The notes under the pieces were generated by a model, which worked only from the letters and a program-made list of their open reading frames with translations, had not been told where the DNA came from and searched no databases. Shown piece after piece: positions 53,276 through 64,000 of a stretch of DNA of 64,000 bases. Source of the DNA: Callorhinchus milii. Lineage: Eukaryota. Location of the stretch: the NCBI RefSeq assembly GCF_018977255.1, contig NW_024704742.1:105898001-105962000 (forward strand). The letters are read 5' to 3'. The position numbers and the translations under genes are program-made. Positions within the stretch are counted from its first letter, which is position 1, and the number at the start of each line of letters is the position of its first letter.

Positions 53276-53740
53276 ACTTTGGAAGAAGATACAATCCTCA
53301 GAAGCAATGCTTGTCTGTCACATCCTTGTAGGCTCTACTGGCTGGTAAACTCGTTCTAGGTTATCCCTTCCCCAAGACAAACTAACTGATGCAGAGTCCT
53401 CATGTGGGAACAATGCCACTTCTCTACCCCAACCTCTTCCTCCATCTCCCTGTGTTACCTCTTGGATACCTTTAGATATCATAGAAACTGGCGTCTTCAT
53501 TGCAGTATCAAGACCAGAGCCCCAAAGAAGAATTAGGGGTAGGGTACACATGGTCTTTGCCAAATGCCCTAAACTGAGGATTCTATGTACCTGTAGGGTT
53601 TTCATAACATATCAATGACAAACCACCCAAACCAGTTCTGCAATAGTTGTTCTTTCATTAGATTTTTCATGTCCCTCCAGTTACTGCAACTCCAGCTCCT
53701 CTAGAGCAGTTGTGTAGACTGCTCCTTGTGAGTAACACAT

Positions 53741-53921
53741 ACACACTGCTCAGGTCCTCCCACACATACACACTGCTCAGGTCCTCACACGGATACACAC
53801 TCCTCAGGTCCTCCCACAGATACAAACTGCTCAGGTCCTCCCACAGATACAACAACAACAAGATTACATTTGGATAGCGCCTTTCACATCGGGAGGATGT
53901 CACACTGCTCAGGCCCTTCCC
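53741..53921. repeat. 27-bp minisatellite (ACACACTGCTCAGGTCCTCCCACAGAT) x~5, last unit split by a ~50-nt L2 tail
   Basis: Units start at 53741, 53768, 53795, 53822 and 53849; L2 tail at about 53851-53900. Confidence 0.88.
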
Positions 53922-55847
53922 AAAATAATACATGTTGATATAATAATAAAATTAGCATTTTATATAGTGTCTTTCATTTCAGGATGATGTCTCAAAGTAT
54001 ATCACAGAAGTTACTGTGAGGTGTAGTGACTGTATTTTTTTGCAGGCGAATGCCCCAACCAATTTATGCATAGCAATGTCCCACAAACAGCCATGAAGTA
54101 TTATGTAAACAAATGACCCACTCAGCTAATGCCAAATCACTGAAGCGATAATTGATTTGATACTAGAGATGCAAAAACCAACCCCCCCAAATCAGAGGAA
54201 GTTAATATGCATGTACATGTCTACATCCATAACATATAGGTTTTAGGTGTGCCATATATTTACTCTCAAAATAATATGACTATCAAAACTTTGAGCTGCA
54301 ACACACCAAATTTCACTCTATCTGTACCGCTCCAATTACTGGATAGGCTTTCTTTAATCGGCAGAATAATTGCATGCAGAACTCCAACTGCAGTCTATTC
54401 AACATCTTGACTAAATTTAACATCACTTATTTGCCCTTGTTTTCAATGCTTTTACAGTATATGTAAAACTCTTGTTTGCATTTTGAAAAACCTTTCCTTA
54501 TCTTTAAAGATCTGTGCATTTAATCCTCAACATCATTAAGATGCATGCCATATCAGGTGTTATTATTTGTAACTGGTTTGCTTCTTAGGTGGAGTCAAGA
54601 CACACACTTTCAATTAGGCCTCAATTATTATGCACGATTCAGCATTTTCTAAGACATTCACAAACTCTGTATTTAGCAGTTAGCAAAGGAACCAATATGC
54701 TTGTGGTTTGAAAAGTCCCACTAGGCACCGAATATCTTTATAAATCTACAGTGACAGCAGAAAAAAATAGTCTTGTGTTGGGGAGAAAAATTGTGTAATT
54801 TGTTATACAGTCGCAGTAGAGACAGGAAGATGAGTTATAATAATCTTTCACATCCATCATAGATCAAATTAGTAGCCGGTTAATAAAGAGTAAAATAATT
54901 TCATTATATCTGCGCTTGTGGGCAGTGGTGCCTGGTGACAGATGTTCTGTCCTTTTCAGTGTGCAGGTAGAAATATGATCCTTGTTAGCTCGTCAGTGCT
55001 CTTAAACTGAATTTGCCTGAAAGTAAAGTAAATCTTGAGTTGTTTAACTATAGGTATTGCAATGTGGGAACCGTCAGATTTAGAATAGCCAATCATTTAA
55101 ATTATGATCTTCTTTAGCAATATATCTGAAATCCCCCATAAGGAGTTTACAAGACTTTTGACTTAACCTTTAACAGAAATGCTGGCAATGGCTTTTAACC
55201 ACGTGACAAACCAACATAGCAGTAAGGCATTCACATCCCAGTGCTGTGTGACAATAGATATTTCAGCCTCGCTTGACAGAAAGTCCAATAAATACCAGTA
55301 GTTTCAGGCAGTTTGTGGGTGAGGGTGTCTCCCTGCTCAGGAAAAAAGCAATGGTTTTGCCATTATCTGCTCTGAAGATGGACTAGTGTCAGCAAATCTT
55401 CAGTGTACAGGTCTTTTAGCTTGACATACATGACAGTGGAAGTTGTGCAAACAAGGAGAGGGAGAACTGATTGATATAAAGAGGAATAGAGAGTAACAAA
55501 TTGCATTTAAAAACTGTTAAGTTGTATTGATATTCCCGACTCTGTATGTCAACTAAATATTACTCCACAAATTAGAAGGGTGATTGAAAATTCACATTGA
55601 TTGATAATCTATTTTCAATTCTATCATAGGGACTTACTATGTAATTGATTGAGAGTGGCAAGTTTCTTAAAAATTTGAATCAATGAAGTAATTTCAATGT
55701 GCCAATATTTTCACTTGATGCACTGTAGGGTGGGCGGACATGTCAAAAAGAAGCAGCCAATAAATTAAACAGTCAGTATGCACGAGATCACTGGAGCCAT
55801 GGTAAAGGAGGTTTGGTTACACTCAGAGGTCAGGAGTTTTTCAATAT

Positions 55848-56110
55848 ACAACACCAACAAAATTACATTTGTATAGCGACTTTCATGTTGGGAAGACGTC
55901 CCAAGGCGCTGGACAGTCAGTGTTTCGGACCCGAGCTGGGGGTCGGAATCCGGGAGGGTGGGGGGCAGGAGGGGAAGCCGGGTGGTCGAACGCACTGTCA
56001 AAGAGGAGTTTCTTGAGATGGGTCTTGAAGGAGACAAGGGAAGGGGCGAAGCAAAGGGACTGTGGGATGGAGTTCCAGAGAGTGGGGGCAGAATGGCTGA
56101 AGGCCCATGT
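55848..56110 (-). mobile_element. L2 3' fragment
   Basis: (CAA)n tail, GGGAAGACGTCCCAAGGCGCTGGACA. Confidence 0.87.
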
Positions 56111-57914
56111 GCCAATGTTTACTAATATAATTGATAAATCTAATGATTATTGACTAATTTTATTGAAGTTATTTCCTTTTTTTATTCGGTATCTGTTGTT
56201 TTTATATAGATATAATACCATTTGTAATAAAAATACTAATCCTTATATTTCATATAGTGCGTTTTACATCAGCGTGTCATTTCAAATTGTAGTGTAGTGT
56301 AGTGACTGTGCATTTTGTAGGCGTACGTGGCAGCCAATTGACACATGGCAATGTCCCACAAACAGCCATGAAGTGAATGACTAATGTTAATTTTACTAAT
56401 TCTGAATGATTGAAAGAGTGAAAAGTTTCTTTCTTCAGTATCAACTGCTAATGTTGAGCTATTGTCATTAGAAGATATTTTGAACTATCGATCCTGGTAT
56501 TTTCAGTGTATTTTATCCTTTTCATGTGTAACAAGTGCCCACGTGAAGGCTGTGTGTGAGTTAATATGCTAGTTTTGAGAATTATGTTCAGATGGGAGGG
56601 ATGGAGATCAAATATATTGTGTTAACAACAAGGTAAAATATCTTTGCTTTGTTTTGAATATGTCTGTTTTGTAATGTTTTGAAAAGAATTTGGAAGACAT
56701 GAATATTGTTGCCATTAAACTGCAGCTGACAAGCAGGCTTTTATGTTAGTGCGTCTCATCCGATAGAAACCTGATCTAGCTTGGCTTTTAAAGACAGGTC
56801 ATTTCCTAAAGGGTCCTCCACCACAAAACTTTGCTCTGTCTCTTCAGTGTGTATGTCATCCTTGTAGCAGCATAGCTCTCTGGTCATGCAACTTATCCTT
56901 GTTTTATTTGTTAAACGAAAAGAAGAGAAAAAAAAAGATTTATGTCAAATTAAATCTATTTTCAACTCTGGCTTCTGCTGACAGCTTGATTTGTCATTGC
57001 TGGTTTAAATTACCTCAAGCTGAAACCAAGAAAGAATTTGCCCTTTTCAAGATACTTTTTTCTCTCTCTCTCTCCAAAGCTTATAATTAAATTCACTTTG
57101 GGTGACCCTTCAGTCTAATGAATTTTCATTATTATTTCATTTTGAGTGGAATAGGAAGAGGATTAGATCTTTTACAGCAATGGCAGGACCTATTTCAACC
57201 TGAACGCATGATTAAGAATGACATTTTTTACTATGACTGTATCTATGGCCACAGAACAAATTCAGTCGTAACCCGAGAGCAGCATATAATTATGATCTTT
57301 TCCATTAAACTATTTCTCTCCTATTTATTACCACAGAAAGCAACGATGTTTGAAGAGCTATTGGCTGGAATTCTTTGAGTTCTTACAATTGTTTTCTTAT
57401 CTGTGGTATTATACAGAACTAGTTGTCTTGATTTCATACCCGAGTGCATTCAGGAACAGGGGAAAAGATTAAAGCCCCACATTTTTAGTGGCTGCTAATT
57501 TTCTCAGCAAAGCAAGAAGGCATTGAATGTCGGCAGATCATGCTGACAGAGATTCCCACCTGTTGGAAATTGTGGTTAAAATTTTTAACAAAAATTAAAT
57601 AAAAAGCTTATTAAGGCCTTTTGTAGGCATTTACCTTTAAAAACACTCACTGCACTTGACAGTAATTATTATGAAGAGCTTTGGGACATTTCAGAGTGAT
57701 AAGGTGCTGTAAAAATGCAAATTATTTCTGTTAAAGGTTATTAAGGAGGAATTTCTTGCAGAGCAGAGAAGACACATTGAATAGTTGAGTTATTTTAATA
57801 CTAAGGGACACAAATTGCTTATTGCATAAGTAAGTTAAGTGTGTTTAGAAATCAATTCTATGAAATATTACATGATCTAAGTACTATTTTTTCTGATTTA
57901 TTTGCAAGTACTTA

Positions 57915-58000
57915 ATAATAATAATAATCCTTGCATTTGATATAGCGCTTTTCACGTCTTCTAGACGTCTCAAAGCGCTTCACAGAATATGCTGTAACTT
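57915..58000 (-). mobile_element. SINE 3' tail fragment
   Basis: (AAT)n CCTTGCATTTGATATAGCGCTTTTCACGTCTTCTAGACGTCTCAAAGCGCTTCACAG. Confidence 0.85.
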
Positions 58001-58394
58001 GTAAATATGCTGTAATCTACTTGGACTATAGTTTTGTACTGATGACAAGCCATTGGGAAGAACTTTCCTTTGCCTGCCTATTGAGTTCCTTTTTGTCCCT
58101 TTGGATGTGCCTGATACCCAATAGATCAATATCTGAATGGAATGGTCCAGAGTTTAGCTCTGAGATCCAAGTGGGTACAGGACAACACTTTTTATAATGC
58201 AGTGTCTTGGGTCCATAAAATTAGACAAGTTTAATGTGTGCTATAAATTATAATGGGTTCTGCAAACAAAAATGTTTGCTAATCTTGCTTCCGGGTCAGT
58301 GGGTCCCCACTGGTGACATTTCCAACTTCCAACCCCAGCTGGAAATTTTGGACTTTGAAACAAAAAACATTCTTTGGCTTTCTAAATAAGCTTG

Positions 58395-58775
58395 TTGCAG
58401 CCTGGCTTAGTTGATAGCACTCTCACCTTTAAGTCAGAACTTCAAACCCAAATAGTCTTTGCTGACACTTCAACACCGTATTGCATTGTTAGATGTGTCG
58501 TACTTTGTCTCGTCTGCCTGTCCAGGTGGAAGTTAAAGATCCATTGATGCTATTCAAAAACACAAGGGAGTTTATCCTGGTGTCCTGGCCAACAATCCCC
58601 CAGATAAAATTGGTCACTGACTGTGGCTGTGGATGCTGTACATAAATTGACTGCCAACATTTGTTCACAACGTACACACAGTCGCATCACTTACAGTATA
58701 TCCTGTGAAGACCTTTGGGATGGCTTAATGATGTGATAAGGCGCAATATCAAATGCAAGGATCTTTATCATTATT
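58395..58775 (+). mobile_element. Old Deu-domain SINE
   Basis: Decayed tRNA head, CAGGTGGAAGTTAAAGATCCAT..GGTGTCCTGGCCAACA, tail. Confidence 0.75.
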
Positions 58776-60789
58776 ATCCAACAGAGACAGACAGAAAAAC
58801 AATAATAGGGGTTAGTTTTCATATGTAGAAAATGCCAGTTTACTGAAGAAACAAATCCAACCACTTTGGAAGCATGCAAGGACCATTTGGATTTTGATGT
58901 TTTCATTACTATAATTTATTCCACATTTATATTTTAAAGCATTTGTTATATGCTGAGATCTCTGTATCAGTTATCCACTCATCATATCCCTAAAGTAGTA
59001 TGATTCTGCACCCTGGTAACACAAAGGCTAATAGGCAAAAAAAAATACTGTAGAGGAGAACTATATCTGTAAATGGTCCAGTCTGCCAGCAGCAATATTT
59101 GGTTCAGTAGGTGGCACATCAATGTACATATGCAAGCAGCATTCAATGCCACATAGTGGATACTGTTGCAACTGTAATTCCTGTGGCTGCTCACATCATT
59201 TTGCATACCTCTGTATCAAAATCTGTATCAAACACACATAACAATAATCATTTGACGCAATCTGTAACGATACAGCATCAGGCTGTATAGAATTTATTAC
59301 TTATTGTGTCAAAACACCATTTAAGATACACTTTAACTGAGAATACCTGCATTGAGGCCTGTCACAGGAGAGCAAAACAATGTATCACACAATGTAAATT
59401 TGGTCACATATGAGGTACTTTAAAATACAGTGTGATAAAGATTTGAAATATAGTTCTTGTATGATACATGTGAATATTGAGTGACACTGATGGCATATCG
59501 AAATAAAGGTGTTGTATGGATGGATGTAATTGAGGGTGGATTCAAAATATTCTTATTTATTTTGAGATCTCTAGACGATCTCCATCTTACTCTGCAACAC
59601 GCACTGATGCCTCCCCTGCTCCACAGTTTCCCTTATAGTTTCATCATTGAGGAAAGCAAATTTGTCTGACAATGGCAATGTTTTGCAGCATACAGCACAC
59701 TGTTAATAATCATAATCCTTGCATTTGATATAGCATCTTATCACATCTTCGAGACATCTCAAAGTGCTTCACAGAATATACTGTAAGTGAATTGACTGTT
59801 AAATGTTTTTGCTACTCGAGTTTCATCTAGGTTTGGTATGTATCTCATTCTTTGCGTTTTGTGTACATTTTGAGAGATTTGGACACATATTGACGGTTAT
59901 AGTTGAAGTGAATGTCCCAAATACTCCACAACTGTCCATCCCAAAGATGGCATCCTTCAGAACATCTTGGCACATCAGAAGAAAAGCAAAAGAATGGAGT
60001 CATAAGTGGGCTCACATGAGGAATATGCCTATTATCAGACATGACTTGCACCTTGAAAGAATGAAAGGTCTTCTTGTTGATGCAGGCAAATGCATTGCTG
60101 AATAAACATGAATGGAAACCTGAGTACAGTCAAAAGGGAATTTGTCCCAGTATCCTGGCCAACAATCTGCCAAAACAAATTGGCCATTCACCTTCTGGTT
60201 GTTTCTGGGACATTTCTGTATGCAAATTGGCTGTTGTGATTGCCCACAAAGCACACAGTCTTTGCTCTTTATACTATATGCTCTCCAGCGCCTTGAGACG
60301 TCCTCCCGACATGAAAGACTCTATAAAAATATAATTTTGTATTGTTTATACAGTAAAGTGCTCCGTAATGCTACCCCACATGAAGTGCACTATATAAATG
60401 TAAGTTGTTGTTGTATAGCTGTGAAGCCCTTTGGGATGTCCTCCTGATGAAAAAGGTGATACGCCAAATTTAAGAATTTAAAAAAATATTATTGATCAAT
60501 CAATTGTTGGGCGTTCCCAACAATTTGTTTGTTTGTGGGGGAGGGGGAAGAAGATACATGTCTTTCTATTATTTATTTGGTGGTAGTTTTGAATAAAATG
60601 CTCATTTGAGTTTGCAAAAGAGATTTCACTGGGTTGCTTGCAATCACCATCTCTCACAGGAATGCTACACATTACAAAACCAAAATACAACAATGTATTT
60701 TCACAGTAATTTTATGCCACAGGCCAAATGACGCAAACTTAATGTTACCTTGAGATTATTGTCCCACGCTCAGAGGGATTCATGTGTGG

Positions 60790-61400
60790 TATTTAGGCAA
60801 CTGGGCCAATTGGTGGCAGCTGCAGTTTAATGTGGACAATTGTAAAATAATTAGTGCTGGAAAAAGGTAACAAAAAGATGGAGTATGAGATAAATGGAAC
60901 TGTCAGAGAACAAATTGAAAATGAAAAATATTTTGTGGGTTTTGTTCATAAATGAAAGTACTTGCAGGCAATTAAAAAAAGTAAATTTGTGTTAGAATAA
61001 CAGAAGGTTAAATGTAAAAAAATAAGCCGTAGAGGTATTGCATAATACAAAGTTCTGAACCAATGTCTGGTTAATTGAGAGGTGTTAATGTCCTTGAGAG
61101 GGTACCTGTGTGGAACAACAAAAGTAATTCTGTGCAAGGGAATTTAAATTATGAGAAAATATTAAGAAAGTTGTTCTTATTTTCTTTGTAAAAGGGGAAA
61201 CTACAAGTTGACCTAATTTAAATTTTCAAAGTGAAAGGGAAGGGAATTGTCAAATCTGATCCAGGAAAATTGTTCGTGTTGGTAAAAGGTACAAATTCCA
61301 GGGGACATGCTTTACAAATTAGGAAATTAGGAAATCAGGTAGAATGTTTTCACCAGTGTGTAATAGATTTGTGGAATACGTTACCAGGCAGTAAATTGAA
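60790..61400 (+). mobile_element. Old CR1 fragment
   Basis: W-A-N-W-W-Q-L-Q-F-N-V-D-N-C-K-like codons at 60800-60850 and decayed C-terminal motifs. Confidence 0.65.
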
Positions 61401-62654
61401 GTAGATAATATGATCTAACTTGTGGTTTAAATATATAAATTCATTAAATATCGAATGTAAAATGCTCAGAAGTACTGGCCTCAATGTATTGGCCTCTTCA
61501 TGACTGTGAAGCCGGGTTACACATTCACTTGCTGGTTAGTGGATCACAGTATTTTCTGCTGATTAATAGGATCATGGCTTTTATGGAAAAAAACTCAAGA
61601 GTAAAAGCTAAATGGCGTTCAAAATGAATTCAATTGCTGATGGTAACTGGAAAACGAATGCTAATTACTGATGGAGGAATTCATGTTGTGAAGGATTACC
61701 CTGATCATCTTAAAACTTCTCAGCATCCAACTTTGAACACAATAGCAATCTGGCCGAATGCCATATGCATTTGGATTACAATACTTTAACATAGCATACT
61801 GTGGAGCTGAAAGCAATGAGAGACTTCTGCTGGAACTAAATCTCTTTAATGCATCATTTGTGCCTGAACATTGCTATTTGCTTGTTCCTTTTTTGGCTTT
61901 GTACCTACGGGTGTCTTTGACCTTCGATTGATGAACCAATATAATATGTAAACCATGTGAAATATCTAATCAAATGGGAAAAGAAGAGAGATGTCATTTG
62001 TTTGAATACAACAATGCTTTTGTTAGAGAGTTAATACAATGACTGGCTTATTTTCTCTGTCTTATTTCCTAACTAGAGCAAAGAAGGATTAAGTGCCTAC
62101 TCCTGCATGAGGATATTTGAAGAAACACCCAATGATACAAATTTTTCTTACATAATTAGTTCATTAAAACCTTGTGTTTTTGTTAGTGTTCTAGTTTAGT
62201 AGTTTTAGTGGCAGAAAACAATTCAAATAAAACATGTTCACCTGATTCTGAAGTCACTTATTGACCTCCCAGAAAGCAATTCATGCTGCAATAATGGAAA
62301 GGCACTAGGGTTAATATTATAGAAAGATACTGTCAAATGGTTGAAGGACCTACTTATTCAAATCATTCTTGTGATCTGGTGAAGTAGATCAACTTCATTA
62401 ATGTTAATGATTGCACGGATATCTGCAAAGGAATCCTTCAACAGAGAGTAACAATAGTTATCACCAGAAGGAAAGTAGAAGCAAGACATTGATAATACTC
62501 TTTTGGAGGGGCTAGTGCTGCTTTTTACCATAAGTGTAGGGTGCCCTGTACTATATAATGTTAATGTTCTTCACTAGATTGCAGGAGTGGTTCAGGTGAA
62601 GAATATCCTGTGACCCATTTTGATGTTATCTTTCAAAAATATTAACCCTGTAGT

Positions 62655-62960
62655 TGTCCCGTAGCTCAGTGGTTAGAGCAGTCGCTTTGCAAGCGAGAGA
62701 CCCAGGTTCGATTCCCAACAGGGTGAAACCTTGGGCAAGTTTCCTTACTCCACACGCCTGATAATAATCCCTCAAAAAAAAATTGATCATTTCAATCCAC
62801 GACTGTTTGTGGGACACTGCTGTGTACAATTGGCTGCCGCATTTCGTCCACAAATATACAGTCAATTCACTTTACAGTCTATTCTGTGAAGCGCTTTGAG
62901 ACATCTAGAAGACGTGAAAAGCGCTATATCAAATGCAAGGATTATTATTATTTATTATCA
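62655..62960 (+). mobile_element. Young tRNA-derived SINE, full length
   Basis: A box, B box GGTTCGATTCC, body, tail with TAGAA loop, (ATT)n. Confidence 0.92.
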
Positions 62961-62989
62961 TTACAACCCTACACCTCCTTCCACTATTG

Positions 62990-63260
62990 CATTACATTGT
63001 TTCTTCACAAGATGACAAGATTGGTCTGGATGAAGAAAGCTCTTCAGATTATTTGATCTCATCTCTCCAGAACACCCACCATACTGTCCCCCCAACCTCC
63101 CCATCAAGCTGCTTTTTAAATGGGTCCAGTGCCCTGGCCTCAACCACCTTTCTTGGCTACCTGTTCCAGTCATTGATTATCCTCTGCATAAAGAAAAATA
63201 TGCCCTCTGCTAAAGGGTTAGGTATCTTGATCTCAACCACCCTTCCTGGATACCCTTAAG
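62990..63260 (-). mobile_element. Old CR1 3' fragment
   Basis: Homologous to 28970-29066 plus 30035-30240. Confidence 0.65.
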
Positions 63261-63619
63261 TAAGGCTGTAAGGTCAGGAAATTGTGTTAATTGTTAAATG
63301 ATTTTAAGCGCTCCGGGATGCTGCCCCATGTGAAGGGTACTATATAAATCCAAGTTATTGTTGTATTTGTGTTTAGTACACCTTCTAGCATCCTTGCCTC
63401 TCAGAAACCAGCAAAAGACTTGCTTGAGACAATGTAGAGAAAAAAAGGCCAATTTAGCTTGTTGAGGTGCAAAGACAAATGAGGAGGAACAAAGGAGATG
63501 TTAACACATGGTTTGAGTTCACCTTAATACCGAAAAAAATTGAAAAGTTTCCTTTGCAATCCTGAGAGAGCTTTATTTTGTCAAGCAGCCTGGATGTGAC
63601 AATATTACAGGGGAACAAC

Positions 63620-64000
63620 TAGAACAACGACTTGCATTCATATAATGCCCCTCATGCAGGGTAGCATCCCAGAACGCTTGACAGTGGTGGAGCTCTACAC
63701 CAAGCTGGGGGTAGGTGACCGTAGGTACCGTCAAACAGGAAGATCTTTAGGTGTGACCTGAAGATGGGGAAGGGTAGAGCAAGATGAAGCGATTGAGGGA
63801 AAGTATTCCAAAGTTTTGGGATGTAGTGGCTGAAAGCACAACCACTGATGATGGAACGGAAGGCATGAGAGACAAGCAGAGGCAGTAGGTAGTGGGTCGG
63901 GGACTAAGCAGTTTGGAGAGATAGGGAGGTTCCAGGGTATGAAGAGATTTGAAGATGAGTGTGAGTATCTTGTAATCGATCCATTCGGTGATAGGGAGCC
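63620..64000 (-). mobile_element. L2 3' fragment (second tail type), runs off the window end
   Basis: Tail like 9160/29070; reverse complement encodes WLPITEWIDYKIL and GCAFSHYIPKLWNT. Confidence 0.82.

Noticed and set aside
1..64000. CRISPR arrays, prokaryotic operons, V(D)J recombination signal sequences
   Set aside because: Tandem repeats have no unique spacers and the DNA is eukaryotic; the CACAGTG heptamers checked (14772, 32842, 49066, 51882) lack a correctly spaced nonamer

Overview
AT-rich, repeat-dense vertebrate genomic DNA. The repeat complement suggests a cartilaginous fish, probably a chimaera/elephant-shark-like genome (inference). It holds many CR1 and L2 LINE fragments, a young tRNA(Ala-like)-headed SINE family and older Deu-domain SINEs with L2-type tails. 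No host protein-coding gene can be identified with confidence, and almost all ORFs with recognisable homology are LINE APE/RT fragments. Points of note: an 18-bp GC-rich minisatellite at 1-575 that stays open in a Gly/Ala/Val frame up to a GTGAGT donor; a near-full-length, apparently single-ORF L2 fused to a SINE; an L2/SINE 3' hairpin with swapped loops; an unclassified dispersed repeat (5 copies); a palindromic MITE family; a possible highly decayed leader + Ig/TCR V-like segment; and repeat-poor enhancer-like blocks with a perfect DR4 and TGACAG clusters. Repeat boundaries were read by eye and are approximate (tens of bp).
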